Of a stretch of DNA of 64,000 nt, positions 12,263 to 24,557 are shown piece after piece. Numbering within the stretch: position 1 is the stretch's first letter; each line of letters begins with the position of its first letter. This DNA comes from the human T2T-CHM13v2.0 reference genome, Homo sapiens, in assembly GCF_009914755.1 (NCBI RefSeq), contig NC_060925.1; one strand, given 5' to 3'. The notes beneath the pieces are model-generated. The model was not told where the DNA came from. It ran no database searches and worked only from the letters and a program-made list of their open reading frames with translations. Made by a program: the position numbers and the translations under genes.

Positions 12263-12831
12263 TATATTAGGCCATTCTTGCACTGCAACAGACACAACAG
12301 CACTATTCACAATAACCAAAATGTGGAAACAACCCAATTGTTTACTAACAAATGAATGGATAAATGAAACGTGGTGTACCTATAGAATGGAATATTCAGC
12401 CACAGAAAGAATAATGTTTTTGATACATGCTAAAAAAACAGAAATATCTGAGCCTAGGTAATTTATAAGAAAATAACTTCAATTGGTTCATGGTTCTGCA
12501 GGCTATACAGGAAGCCTAATAGCATCTGCTTTTGAGAAGAACTCAGGAAGCTTCCAATCATGGCAAAAGGCAGAGGGGGAGCAGTTATCTCACATTTCAG
12601 AAGCAGGCTCAAAAGAGAGAGACAGAGTGAGGTGTCACACACTTTTAAACAGCCAGATCTTGCCAGAAGCCACTCACTATCGCAAGGACAGCACTAAGGA
12701 GATGGTGCTAAACCATTCATGGGAAATCCACCCCCATGATCCAATAACTGCCCACCAGGCTCCACCTCCAATGCTGGGGATTACAATTAAACATGAGGTT
12801 TGGGCAGGCTACACACATCCAAACTATATCT
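12263..12831 (-). mobile_element. MSTA MaLR solo LTR carrying a ~145-bp foreign insert
   Basis: tatattaggccattcttgcactgc...catccaaactatatc; near-TSD GCATC (12258-12262) / GCTTC (12832-12836). Confidence 0.88.
12287..12431 (+). mobile_element. L1MB-like fragment inside the MSTA LTR
   Basis: cagcactattcacaataaccaaaatgtggaaacaacccaa...gaatggataaa...atggaatattcagcca...tgatacatgcta, matching the L1M ORF2-end/3'UTR junction region. Confidence 0.8.
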
Positions 12832-12942
12832 GCTTCTAAGCCCAAGATGCCCACTCCAACATTGCATCAGTCCTGTGCTGTTTCTCAAAGTTGTTTATAT
12901 AAGCATATTAACTATAATCACACTTTTTTTCTGTTTATCCAG

Positions 12943-13200
12943 GTTAACCTTGATTTTCACACAAAAGAAGTCATTACAAACAGCATCACTCAACCTACCC
13001 TCCACAGTTTTGATGCTGCACAAAGCAGAGTGTATCAGCTCATGGAACAAGACAGTTATACACGTTTTCTGAAATCTGACATCTATTTAGACTTGATGGA
13101 AGGAAGACCTCAGAGACCAACAAATCTTAGGAGACGATCACGCTCATTTACCTGCAATGAATTCCAAGATGTACAATCAGATGTTGCCATTTGGTTATAA
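12943..13200 (+). CDS. RGS18: RGS18 last coding exon (85 aa + stop)
   Basis: Acceptor ttttttctgtttatccAG ends at 12942. Translates VNLDFHTKEVITNSITQPTLHSFDAAQSRVYQLMEQDSYTRFLKSDIYLDLMEGRPQRPTNLRRRSRSFTCNEFQDVQSDVAIWL*. EVNLD and MExDSYxRFLKS are RGS motifs; the RRRSRSF...DVAIWL tail is recognised as RGS18. Confidence 0.98.
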   Translation, partial: VNLDFHTKEVITNSITQPTLHSFDAAQSRVYQLMEQDSYTRFLKSDIYLDLMEGRPQRPTNLRRRSRSFTCNEFQDVQSDVAIWL

Positions 13201-14517
13201 AGAAAATTGATTTTGCTCATTTTTATGACAAACTTATACATCTGCTTCTAACATATCGCATGTTTATGTTAAGATTTGGTCCCATCCTTTAAACTGAAAT
13301 ATGTCATGTGAAATTATTTTAAAAATGTAAAAACAAAACTTTCTGCTAACAAAATACATACAGTATCTGCCAGTATATTCTGTAAAACCTTCTATTTGAT
13401 GTCATTCCATTTATAATCAGAAAAAAAACTTATTTCTTAATCAAAAGGCAGTACAAAAAAAGTAATAATGTTTTATAAGATTGTAGAGTTAAGTAAAAGT
13501 TAAGCTTTTGCAAAGTTGTCAAAAGTTCAAACAAAAGTCTAGTTGGGATTTTTTACCAAAGCAGCATAATATGTGTTATATAAACATAATAATACTCAGA
13601 TATCCAAATGTTCAGATAGCATTTTTCATAATGAATGTTCTCTTTTTTTTGGTAATAGTGTAGAAGTGATCTGGTTCTTACAATGGGAGATGAAGAACAT
13701 TTATTATTGGGTTACTACTAACCCTGTCCCAAGAATAGTAATATCACCTCTAGTTATAAGCCAGCAACAGGAACTTTTGTGAAGACACATTCATCTCTAC
13801 AGAACTTCAGATTAAATATAATCTAGATTAATGACTGAGAATAAGATCCACATTTGAACTCATTCCTAAGTGAACATGGACGTACCCAGTTATACAAAGT
13901 ACTTCTGTTGGTCACAGAAACATGACCAGATTTTGCATATCTCCAGGTAGGGAACTAAGTAGACTACCTTATCACCGGCTAAGAAAACTTGCTACTAAAC
14001 TATTAGGCCATCAATGGCTTGAATAAAAACCAGAGAAGGTTTTTCCCAGGACGTCTCATGTTTGGCCCTTTAGAATTGGGGTAGAAATCAGAAATGAGAT
14101 GAGGGGAAGAAGCAAGGAGTCTAAGGCCCTAGCGATTTGGGCATCTGCCACATTGGTTCATATTCAGAAAGTGTTATCTCATTGATTATATTCTTGTTAA
14201 GCAAATCTCCTTAAGTAATTATTATTCAAATAAGATTATACTCATACATCTATATGTCACTGTTTTAAAGAGATATTTAATTTTTAATGTGTGTTACATG
14301 GTCTGTAAATATTTGTATTTAAAAATGCCATGCATTAGGCTTTGGAAATTTAATGTTAGTTGAAATGTAAAATGTGAAAACTTTAGATCATTTGTAGTAA
14401 TAAATATTTTTAACTTCATTCATACAGTTAAGTTTATCTGACAATAAAAGCTCTGACTGAATGTTGATTATCCTTCCTATTATGTAATAAGGAATAAACA
14501 TTTTCTTCTTTTAGAGT
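13201..14517 (+). other. RGS18: RGS18 3'UTR (end approximate)
   Basis: Repeat-free AU-rich sequence after the TAA, ending in a cluster of AATAAA hexamers. Cleavage inferred about 20 nt after the last hexamer. Confidence 0.8.
14399..14498 (+). terminator. Polyadenylation signal cluster of RGS18
   Basis: AATAAA at 14399-14404, 14443-14448 and 14493-14498, with several upstream TGTA motifs. An additional proximal AATAAA lies at 14022-14027. Confidence 0.8.
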
Positions 14518-15644
14518 AATATTGGGATAGAAAGTATTAATTGAGTTATTGTATCATTGATCTTAATGCTATATCAGTTGTTTAAATTGTTGTGAATATA
14601 AAAACAAAGTATCTTGGGTTTCAAAAATCAACTAAAAAGGTGATTTTTATGTTTTCCTTAGTTAATTCCTATTTTCTTTTTCTGTGGCAGTCTCTTTCCA
14701 TAGAATTTAATTGTTTCATATACAGACTTAAGACTCGACACAAACTTTGCAATCTCATCAGAAACATCATGGGCTGATTTTAATAGCATTGTTCTGGTAC
14801 CACAAATATGTATCATGTAGCTTTTCCGTATGTAATACTGTCCAAAATCATCCAATCTCTTCATTAAATTATGAAATATTCAATGAGATGCTTCAAAAAC
14901 ATACCAGGATTTCTTCATAAAATTAATGACTGACTTCAAAAAGTTTGCACTCTCTGGAGGAGACAACATGGACAAATACAGAAACAAGATAAATAATTGG
15001 ACAACTGAAAGCAGCCAAGCACAGATGCACAGAAAGCACTGAGTGTTGGCTGAATGATGGCAAAACGCACAAATTGAAACTAGACTTGAAAGCCTCAGTG
15101 TGCGAGCCCCCTAACTGGATGTGGGATCCTCAAAAGTTTATATAACTTCTAAGGACTCTTCCATCCACGTTCGTTTTAAGATAAAGACTCAGGATTTCTA
15201 CTTTCTAGTGTTCTTTATGGTCTCCACACTCATTAATTCTAATTTGTTCACTTGATATTCTCTGAAGCAAACCTTGACTTGTATCCAAGTAAGGAAAAGA
15301 GGCAAATAAGTATAATTAATGAAGGAAAACTTAAGATTAAAAATTAATATGGGATTTTTGTCTAAGAATAGGGCACAAGATTATAGAAAACCCAGAAATA
15401 CATGAAAGGAAAGAAGTCACAGGAAATAGAGCTTGATTTTTTTTTTGACCAGTCAAATGTATGATAACAATGTCTTTAAAGTACTGGATGATAAATAAAG
15501 TTGGGTTGAATTAGATAATTTGGGGCACTTTTTGAAGCCCATAAGCAATAGTAAATACCTAGGCTTCAAGTTATGTACATAATAAAAGTTCAATAAGTGA
15601 TTGCAAAGTCAAGTGAAATCAAAAGGAAGTCAGAGTAGTATTTC

Positions 15645-15840
15645 AGCAAAGAGTAAAGTCTTTAATATGTGGTGCATTTTTATTTGAATTCTATCTCTAC
15701 TAGCTACCAAGTGTACTATGTTGAGAAAGCTACCTAAATTCTTATCTTCAATTTTTATTTGTAATATTGGAATAAAATTTTCACAGTGTTCTTATGGTGA
15801 TTAAATTGTAAATATTTGCAAAGTGCCAGCTACAGTGTTA
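15645..15840 (+). mobile_element. MIR (decayed)
   Basis: tttgaattctatctctactagctacc...gattaaattgtaaatatttgcaaagtgcc. Confidence 0.6.
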
Positions 15841-18782
15841 ATTGACTTTAGTGTGTGGATGGATTTTAGAAAGTATTCCCTGTGTTTAAGTACCACATTT
15901 TAATTATAATATAAATTTTTCTAATAATGCCTTGGTTACAAATCAAAAAATATCTTTGAGAATAATGAGATTTTGCTTGACTAAAGTATGGGGATGACTA
16001 TTGCTCTCATCAAAACTTTTATAATTTGCACTTCATAAAAAATGATATTTTAGCTAAATTAAAATATGGGAACATTTTAAGCATAAGCATTTTTCTAAAG
16101 AAAAAGCTTTTAAAAAAAAACCCTTAACTTTTTAGTTATGTGCAGTGCAGATCTTCTTTAAGAGGAAAAAAAAGACAAAGCATGGTGAAGATGTATACTC
16201 TCCCCGCCCCACCTCATCAGATGCTAAGCCTTAGCTATGGCATTAACTAAATTTAAAAAGACTAATTTATTTTCATTGTGCCACATTGGCTGGTCTTATA
16301 TTTAATTTCCTGGCTCTTTATCATCTGTCTAAAAAAGAAAAAAATTACCAACACAGATGTAACCACGTTCATTTAGCTATATCATTTGAAGCCTTTTCAA
16401 CAATAAAAATAAAAATTCGTACAACTTATCAAAACTCATGTTCTATAACTTGAATAAATCAACAAGTATTTATTGAACACTTTCATTTGATTGCTACTGC
16501 TAGCTTCTGAGCATTCAAAAGTGAATTTAACAGTGGGAGTGACAGGGAAAGAGAGAGAAAGAAAAACTCTCTTCATAGTATATTGTCTGATAAAGCTTGC
16601 ATTCTGCAATACGCAGCTGAAAGCCATGTTTTAAACTTTTCTTCGTATGTATCCCAAATAACAAATCCTTCTACGACCAATCGTGCAGATTACCATTTAT
16701 CTTTTGAAGCTAGGAGTTAAGTAACTAATTTCCTCATTTATTTAAGGACAATACAAAAGATTCACTAACTTGCATATCTTTGTGCATCTTTTATAAAACA
16801 AAAGAAGAACTGAAAGTATATGTATATATAAATACATTTTATTATGGGTTTGAATTTTTTGGTCATTTTATTGGTTTTGCTCTATAAATCAACCAATTAT
16901 AGAAGGGTCCTTTGAAGATGAAAAAACACAAGTTTTAAGAAACATTTACAAAATTAAATCACTTGGGAAACAATACAAATTTAGCAGCACAGGTAGTAAA
17001 ATATTACATTTGGAAAATTTTTTTAAAAATCAGATTCAGCTGTGTTTTTAGACATAATTATTTAATAGTAAACATATACATTTACCTGGAATCTTACCTA
17101 CTAAATTTTATAGAGTAGAAATGAACCTTTCAGAAGTAATAAGCAAAGCAACTATTTTAAACGTCAGACATTTGCTAAAACAACAGTATTAAATTTTAAA
17201 TAGTTTGTCTACAGTCTTATTATTTTTTATTGTGTTATCTATCTGTAAAAAACATAAAATTGTGGGAAAAATGAAGACTGAATCATTGTTAAATGTTGAT
17301 CCACTAAAAAGTGTCAAAATTCTTTTTATTGGATGCAATTTACTAGAGCAAGAAAGTGAATAAAAAACATTTGGAAAGATTGCCATCAACATGTAAAACC
17401 CAACAATCATTTTTTCAACATGGAACTGTTGTTACATGTAAAGAAACTGAAATATTGAAACATGAATCCAAGTGAGATCAAATCAGTATCAATGATAGCA
17501 GGAATAAATGTATTTAATAATCCATAGTTTGGAATATCTTATACTTCATTTATCGTTATTTAATCATAGACTCCTGTAGTTCAACAAATGTTTGCCATGC
17601 TTCACCTCTGTCCCAGTCACTATATGGAACAGTAGTGATACAAAGACAAATAAAATAATGTAAAGGCTATCACTGTAGTATTTAAATGAACGGTGTTCCT
17701 ATGTAGGCAAACACAAAAATCAGTCATTTCACTATGACATGTGAAACATTGATATATAATATATCTTGACTTCCTTGTGTCTAAAAAATGGCAAGACAAT
17801 TTCATGCAACGTAGCTAAACAGCAGAGTCATGTTGCTGTGCCTTCACAATATGTCTGAGTATATTTTATAATATAGGATTAGGTATTAAATTGCTATATT
17901 CATACTGAAATCTGCTTTAAAATCTCAATCTCTAGAAACCGGAATTGATCTCATAAATGAGCATCACTCACATTAGAATGCAAGCTCCCAGAAATGTATT
18001 CAAGTTACATTAATAGAAAATTATTTAACATAGAGGCTTTGGAAGTAAATTTTTGATAGAATTGTGAAAGAATGTTAAGAGATACTGATAAATGAGTATC
18101 AACCAAAAGATCATACACGTATGATAACTGAGAGAACTAAATAAGTTCACTGGAAAATCATGATTCAACCCATGAAATCCTATTTATTTGTATTATTCTT
18201 AAACACTTCTATTGAAAAATATAATAAACACATTATCTAAAAAGTTTGCATGATCATGAAGGGAACACTAATCTTGCAGTTTGGCCCCATTACATATTTT
18301 TTCTTTAGTAATCACCTCACCATATATTTTCTTCTGTTGTTTTTTGTCTGTTTTATCTTTTCTCCAGGCAGATACTTTGACAAAAATTTGTAAATAAAAA
18401 GTTTTCAGCGTGTTACACACGCAGGAGTGTGTGCGCGCGTGCACACACACTCAGAGTTTGATTTTTGAAAGGGAATATATAATTATCATAATCATTTCTC
18501 AGTCAATTGGGTAAGAGTGTATTTTCTCTGCTGTGGAATATCAGTATTTCTTCCTCATTGAAGAAAGTCTTTAGGGAAGTGTTTGGAGTGATGAAATAAG
18601 ACAACACTTAAATCATTCAGAAGACTTTTATGAGAAAACTGGGATTATAAATAACTGATAATAGTAATTGGAGAAATCAATAAAATAGTAGTTGTAGTAC
18701 TTCTAAAATCCCGTAAAAATAAGCATTATTTAGATCACTGAATATTGCAAATTATTGATGGAGTTCACTCCAGCAACTGCCA

Positions 18783-18910
18783 TTATCTTTCTGAGGAAAA
18801 ACAGCATTTCACGTTCATTTTTCTCATTTTTCATAGAGTCTCTGAGGCCTTTAGAAACTTAAGAGTATTTTAGATAGAAAGTTCCATTTTCTTGAATGGC
18901 TGAGTCAGCA
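18783..18910. promoter_or_regulatory. Candidate GATA + MARE/NF-E2 enhancer
   Basis: GCTGAGTCAGCA at 18899-18910 (12/13 of the palindromic T-MARE); WGATAR at 18783-18788 (-) and 18872-18877 (+). Motif evidence only. Confidence 0.35.
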
Positions 18911-21900
18911 AACACATCTCTAGAGACAGAGTTAAGTAATTATTATAGCATATTATAATATTTCAAAGCTAATTTTTCAACAAATGATTGACACATGTCT
19001 AAATGATCTTTAACATAACAAAAAAGGTTACATGGGGGAAATCCTTTAATTTCAAGGACATATATATTGGTAATAAAAACAATGTATATATTCTGGAAAA
19101 AAGATTACAGAAAAGTGAAAATATAATATTCTGAACCACCATCTCTACTCTAAAATCATACCATGGTTTTTATAAAGGGTTATACAGTGTACATATTGAA
19201 GAGTTAACATGATTAATTGTACATATCACTTAAAGACAAATAAAAAAATGTAAGGAGCATAAGTTGAATAAAAAAGAAGTCTAATTTTCCATTCTAGAAA
19301 TAAACATTTTAACATTTATATTCTTCTAATATTTTAAAAATCTACAAATTTTTTTCATTGAAACAATGGATTATGAATATGAATATCAATTTTCATAGAA
19401 TTATATTAATTACAAAAATCAAGTTTTAAAGATAGTATTAATGTGTGAAAAAATACTTATCTTAATTTTTAAAATGTACTGTATGGTATTAACATGAACT
19501 AGAACTAGATTGAAGTAAAGAATAAAATATATTCAAATCTCAAAATGGAAAAATGATTATATATTTGAGGTAAATCCTAGACAGAGTATATTAAAAAATT
19601 GGATTATAAAAAATATGAAGATAAAGAATGAGAAAAAATAGAGTCCAAAAACAGACAGACAATATTGATGTAGTAATCATTCTAAAACGCAGTATTTCGT
19701 TACAAATAATGCACATTGTGATATATTTTGAATAATAAAAGGTTTGCAATATTTGAATTGTCTATTAAAAGCATGACACTGTTCTGTTACGGGAAATCTA
19801 CTTCATTACTGGGAGCTGAATAAGACACTCTGCAGATTTTAAAAATTTTATTTCATCTTTAAACACTAGTGCTGGAAGGAAATTAGAGTTCATGTCCCAA
19901 CAAACCTTCACACTTTGTAGAACAGAATAAGGAAGTCATTTCTAGACTAATTTACAACATTAATAAAGAAAGAATTTGAGTAAAAATGTCACTCAGATAT
20001 CAACCAATATCATTTATGTATTCCTCTCATCAACCATTAATTTATTAGTACCTACAAAGTATCAAGATTCTCTTCTAATAAAACAAAATGTTAGATATGT
20101 TCATTATCCTGCCACAAGAGTTATCTCATTTACTTTAATGGAAATTAAATATTAATCAAAACTCAACATGAAACTACATTATTTCCTTGAAATTTACTTT
20201 TGCTAATGTTATGCTTGTATGTGTTCGTAAACATACACATACGTAATTGTTGAAAGAAATGCAAGCTATATTAAAATTAACTTTTTTAAACTTTATTTAT
20301 AAAACACTAAGAACACTAGCATTTAACTGAATGCTAATCTTTGGGAGAGTGAACATTTAGAGAATTTTATTTCATGAAAGAAATGAAGTAAATTAATTAT
20401 ATTTATTAGGATAGTATTTGAATGTAAGATATAATGCATGGCACATAACCATATTAAAATTTTAGTCATATATGTACACATATGTCCTGTGCATATAATT
20501 TCAGACTTTCAGAGTTTTATAAGAACTTAGATACTTAATAATACATTTTATGTTAAAATTGCATATTTAATTGAATAAATACTCAATTATTAAATACCAA
20601 GTTATTTCTGTCTTTGGCTTTAAAAGCCAAAGATATGTATTCATATGTCTGTTATGTTCATTTATAACTATAAGCCACCTTCATTTTTAGATATTAGGTT
20701 AAATAATTTTATAACAATGGGCACTGCTAATCTATTTTTTTGTTTTATAAAATGCCTCATTGCTTCTCTTTAATGTTTTATATATGCTACATATACTGAA
20801 ATATTGAAAAGTATCTAGTATTTGCTTGTTTCCAAGATTCTAATTCATCTATAAAATAAATACTAGAATTACTAACACTGGTTAAAATCAATAGTATAAA
20901 AGGTGAACATTTAAATTATATAGTAAGTTTGAGCACAGAGGTTAATTTTTCCCTTCCACATTATATGGCTGACTCTTTGGCAAAGATACAGAACGGTTTG
21001 TTTGATCAAGTTCCTTCAAAAGGTAAGTAATGATTTAGACCAGACTTGACATCAACAACAACAAAAAAAGGTTGATATCAAATTTAAAATTATGATGACA
21101 CTTTTACAGGTGTTTATAAACATTCTTTTTAAAAATTCAAATTGTGCTACATAAAAAAAGAATTATAAAAATATAGCAAAACAACAAATTAGAGAGAAGG
21201 AAATTTAAACTTTAACAGAAATACTACAGTGGGGGTGGGGTAGGGATGGGAGGTTTTGGGAGAACCAGAGAATTGGCACAGTATTTGAATGTAAGTCATA
21301 ATCCCTATGAAAATGTGTTCAAATAAGAAAGAATTTTGTACGTGTTTTAATACATTTTCTGTAACTGACATCATAGACTTTATTAAACCATTATTAGATG
21401 TTTATATTTTGTATTTGACAGCTCCTCAAGTTAACAAGCTTAACAGTTTTACTACCTCAGACATTATTATTATTTTACTTCTTTTAAAACTGAAATTTCT
21501 TAAAGAACTAATTAGGTCTTTGTTTTACTTTGGATTCAGCCAACAAGTCTGTGTTCATACTCGTGATTTTACGGATTTGGTTATTTTATCTCTCAGGCTT
21601 CATCTTCCTAAACTAATTGTTTATTGAGATTATTCTAAAATCCATAGACTCTCTCTTTATAAATATATTCTCTTTAAATCTGGCTTATTAAAAAAAAACT
21701 ATTCTTTGGTGTAAGAATAAACACCAAAGTTCTATTTTTGATTTCATGCATAATGTTACATTGAAAACACTTTAATATGAAAATTGAATCATAATGTTTA
21801 GATAAAGGAGGTAATGTCCATGTAATATGATTTTAGAGTTTTGAAAATAAAGTGCTAAGTGAATTTAAAATAAATGATGCACGGGAAGCTCAAAGTTTTT

Positions 21901-24174
21901 CCCCTTCTTTTGTATACAAGACATCAGTGTCACCAGCCATTGTAAGGTTACATTTGTGAATTTTAGTAGGTAGTTGAGATTTTATGAACAGAAAATACAC
22001 AATCCTCAGTCTACTTTCTCTCTGAAATCATCAAAGATGTAAAAAGTTCTTCAAAGCCATCCTCAGATAAAACAAAAAACAGCTTATTGTGTATAACTAC
22101 ATGTAAAAAATATGTCTGCTTTGTTTCTAGGTGTTTAAGGTATATTTTAATTTCTTCATAGTAAATATATTATTGGACATACAAATTAAAGATTTTTAGA
22201 TATTTATGGAATATCTATGTCGTAATGTGTATTTTATCAATTTTAAACAGCCTAGAAAAATGTCAAATAAGCCAGTATATGACGTGGAAATTACCCTCAT
22301 ATCCTGAAAATATTAAGAGCTAATTGTAACAGCTACATTTCATTTCTGCTCTATTCCAACTTTTTAAACATTAGTATTTCATTTTAATCTTTAAAAAATA
22401 ATTTTATTAAATATCTAGATTTTTATTTCATTACATTATATAATAAGATCGATAACTTGGAATGTTAAAGGCTTCTCTCAAACCTCAACAAAAATAGAGA
22501 AAGGGATATTTCCTGAAAAATATTTTTCCCAAGCAGATTCATTTTACAATTTAATTTCCTTCAATGAAGTAAAGGTCAGTGTGAAGCTATAAGAAAATTA
22601 ATTTGCATGAGCTATGCACATGGAATATGACAATAATATAATATGAAATATTCATAATTCAAGCTTTTAAAGCCAACCTCAAGGCTATAAAAGCAATTAT
22701 TATAAGGAATGACTCAACAATTACAACAAACTTTTTCTTTGATGATGTCAACTAATATGCTCTCATTCTGAGAGACATGAAGAGACAGTTCTGTAGAATA
22801 ATAACAAACTCTAAGAATTAGCAATCCTTTGTATTACCTCATTAATATGTTAATTGGCTTCAGAAAATGTATCAATGCAAGTTTTCAACTTCAAACACAG
22901 TTCCAATAGTTCTACTAATCCAGTAATTCCAAGTCGACTTTATAATTTTGCTATCTCTTTGCATCTCATCAATTGTATAAGTAATATTTTTTAACTCTGG
23001 CAACCAATACACATTTCTCTATTGACTATGTCCCATGCTTACCTATTTGAACAAGATTAAAATTTCATTCTTATTCATAATAGTGTGGCAGACATCTGCT
23101 GATCCATTGCTTATCTTAAAATAAAATTATTTTAGTAAAATTGTCATAGAATTACAGTCTCAACTGATACCTAGCCTACTCTCCTGAAATCAAAATAAGT
23201 AGCAATTCTCTGCATTTCTTGACAAAGAAAGTCAGATTTTCTGAAACCATATTGAGCATGTAAAAGAGTGTCTTAAAATTTTCTGATGAGTCCTATAATA
23301 ATTCAGGGACACGAGCATGTTTCTCTGCTGATCTGAATTGCTGCAATGTATGAAAAACCACACTGCAAGTTATATTCTGCTCTCAGGTTTCTTCCTGTAG
23401 CATTGGGTCTTGGGCATTAAATTTCTTACACCTCTGCCTGCTGCAGCTTCTTTTCTCCTTCTACAGCCCTCTTCACCCCCTAGAGCAACCCTGATTCAGA
23501 TTCCAAATCCTAGCTGTTTGTTGGGGTTTGTTATCTCTGCTTAGATGAACATAATATGTCCATACAGTCAGTATTTGAGGGCAGAGGACAGCAGGGTAGA
23601 AGTCAAGGAAAATAAACAGTACTGTGGCTATTTATTTTGGAAAAACCAAAATCAAGCTTTGAGAGAAACAACACATCTCGCATTATTTTTGTTAGCTTTT
23701 TTCCATGAGGTAAAGTCAGGTTATGCCACTGAATCAAACCTGGGCTGAATGCTTTTCATCATCATTCTTCTTTCTTAAATATAATGAAGATTCTACCTGG
23801 TGGTGGTTGGCCATTCTGTTTTAATTTTTTTTTTATCATTATAAGATTTTGTCTTTTTTTCCCTGCATTTCCTTAGTCAATACACTGAGAAAGTGGGCAG
23901 TGCTGGAACTTCTAAACAGAAGTAATGGGTACTGCTAAACAGAAGTGATTTTGAACTAGAAGTTCTTCAAACTTGATTTTGTACTTCTCTGGAATGAGGA
24001 TGACTACAATCCTCCACTAGTTCTAATATAAAAGACCAACAGTGCTAGTTAGCAAAATGTATGTGTTCTTTAGGTTATTCTATACTATTTCCTTTTCTAA
24101 TGATCCTAAATAATAATCAAATTAATAACTACATTTATTGAGCATATAACAAATATTTGGCATATTATCCTATC

Positions 24175-24365
24175 GTTGCCACTCACCAGCATTCTGAACC
24201 TGATTAAACAACTTAATCTTTTTGTGCCTCACATCTTTCAACTATGAAAAAGGTTACAATAATGTTACATTTCCTACACAGTTTTTGTAGGATTAAATGA
24301 GCTAATGTAGCTAAAATTTAAGTGTCTGGCACATAATAAGCATTCAATCCATGTTAGATGTTATT
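24175..24365 (+). mobile_element. MIR
   Basis: acttaatctttttgtgcctca...aggattaaatgagctaatgta...gtgtctggcacataataagcattcaat. Confidence 0.8.
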
Positions 24366-24511
24366 TCATCAAACGAGTCAATTTTCAGACAGCTGAACTA
24401 CAACTAGCAGAGATTTTTTAATCCTCTTCCTCATCTCTATTCCTAATAAGAGATAACAGTGAAGAAACAGAAAAAAAAATTCAAATGAGGTTTTCCCTTG
24501 ATGCTGCCTTA

Positions 24512-24551
<40 letters not shown>
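24512..24551. repeat. (GT)n microsatellite
   Basis: About 18 uninterrupted GT units. Confidence 0.95.
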
Positions 24552-24553
<2 letters not shown>

Positions 24554-24557
24554 TTCT

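Noticed and set aside
12793-12942. In-frame upstream extension of the last RGS18 exon from an ATG in the MSTA LTR
   Set aside because: A strong acceptor at 12942 explains the real start; the LTR is antisense and 50 stop-free codons are unremarkable.
13909-13928. TGGTCA-N8-TGACCA inverted nuclear-receptor half sites in the 3'UTR
   Set aside because: Spacing does not match an ERE (N3); 6-bp arms are expected by chance.
16587-16619. TGATAA plus CAGCTG
   Set aside because: Order and ~20-bp spacing do not fit the E-box-N8/9-GATA composite.
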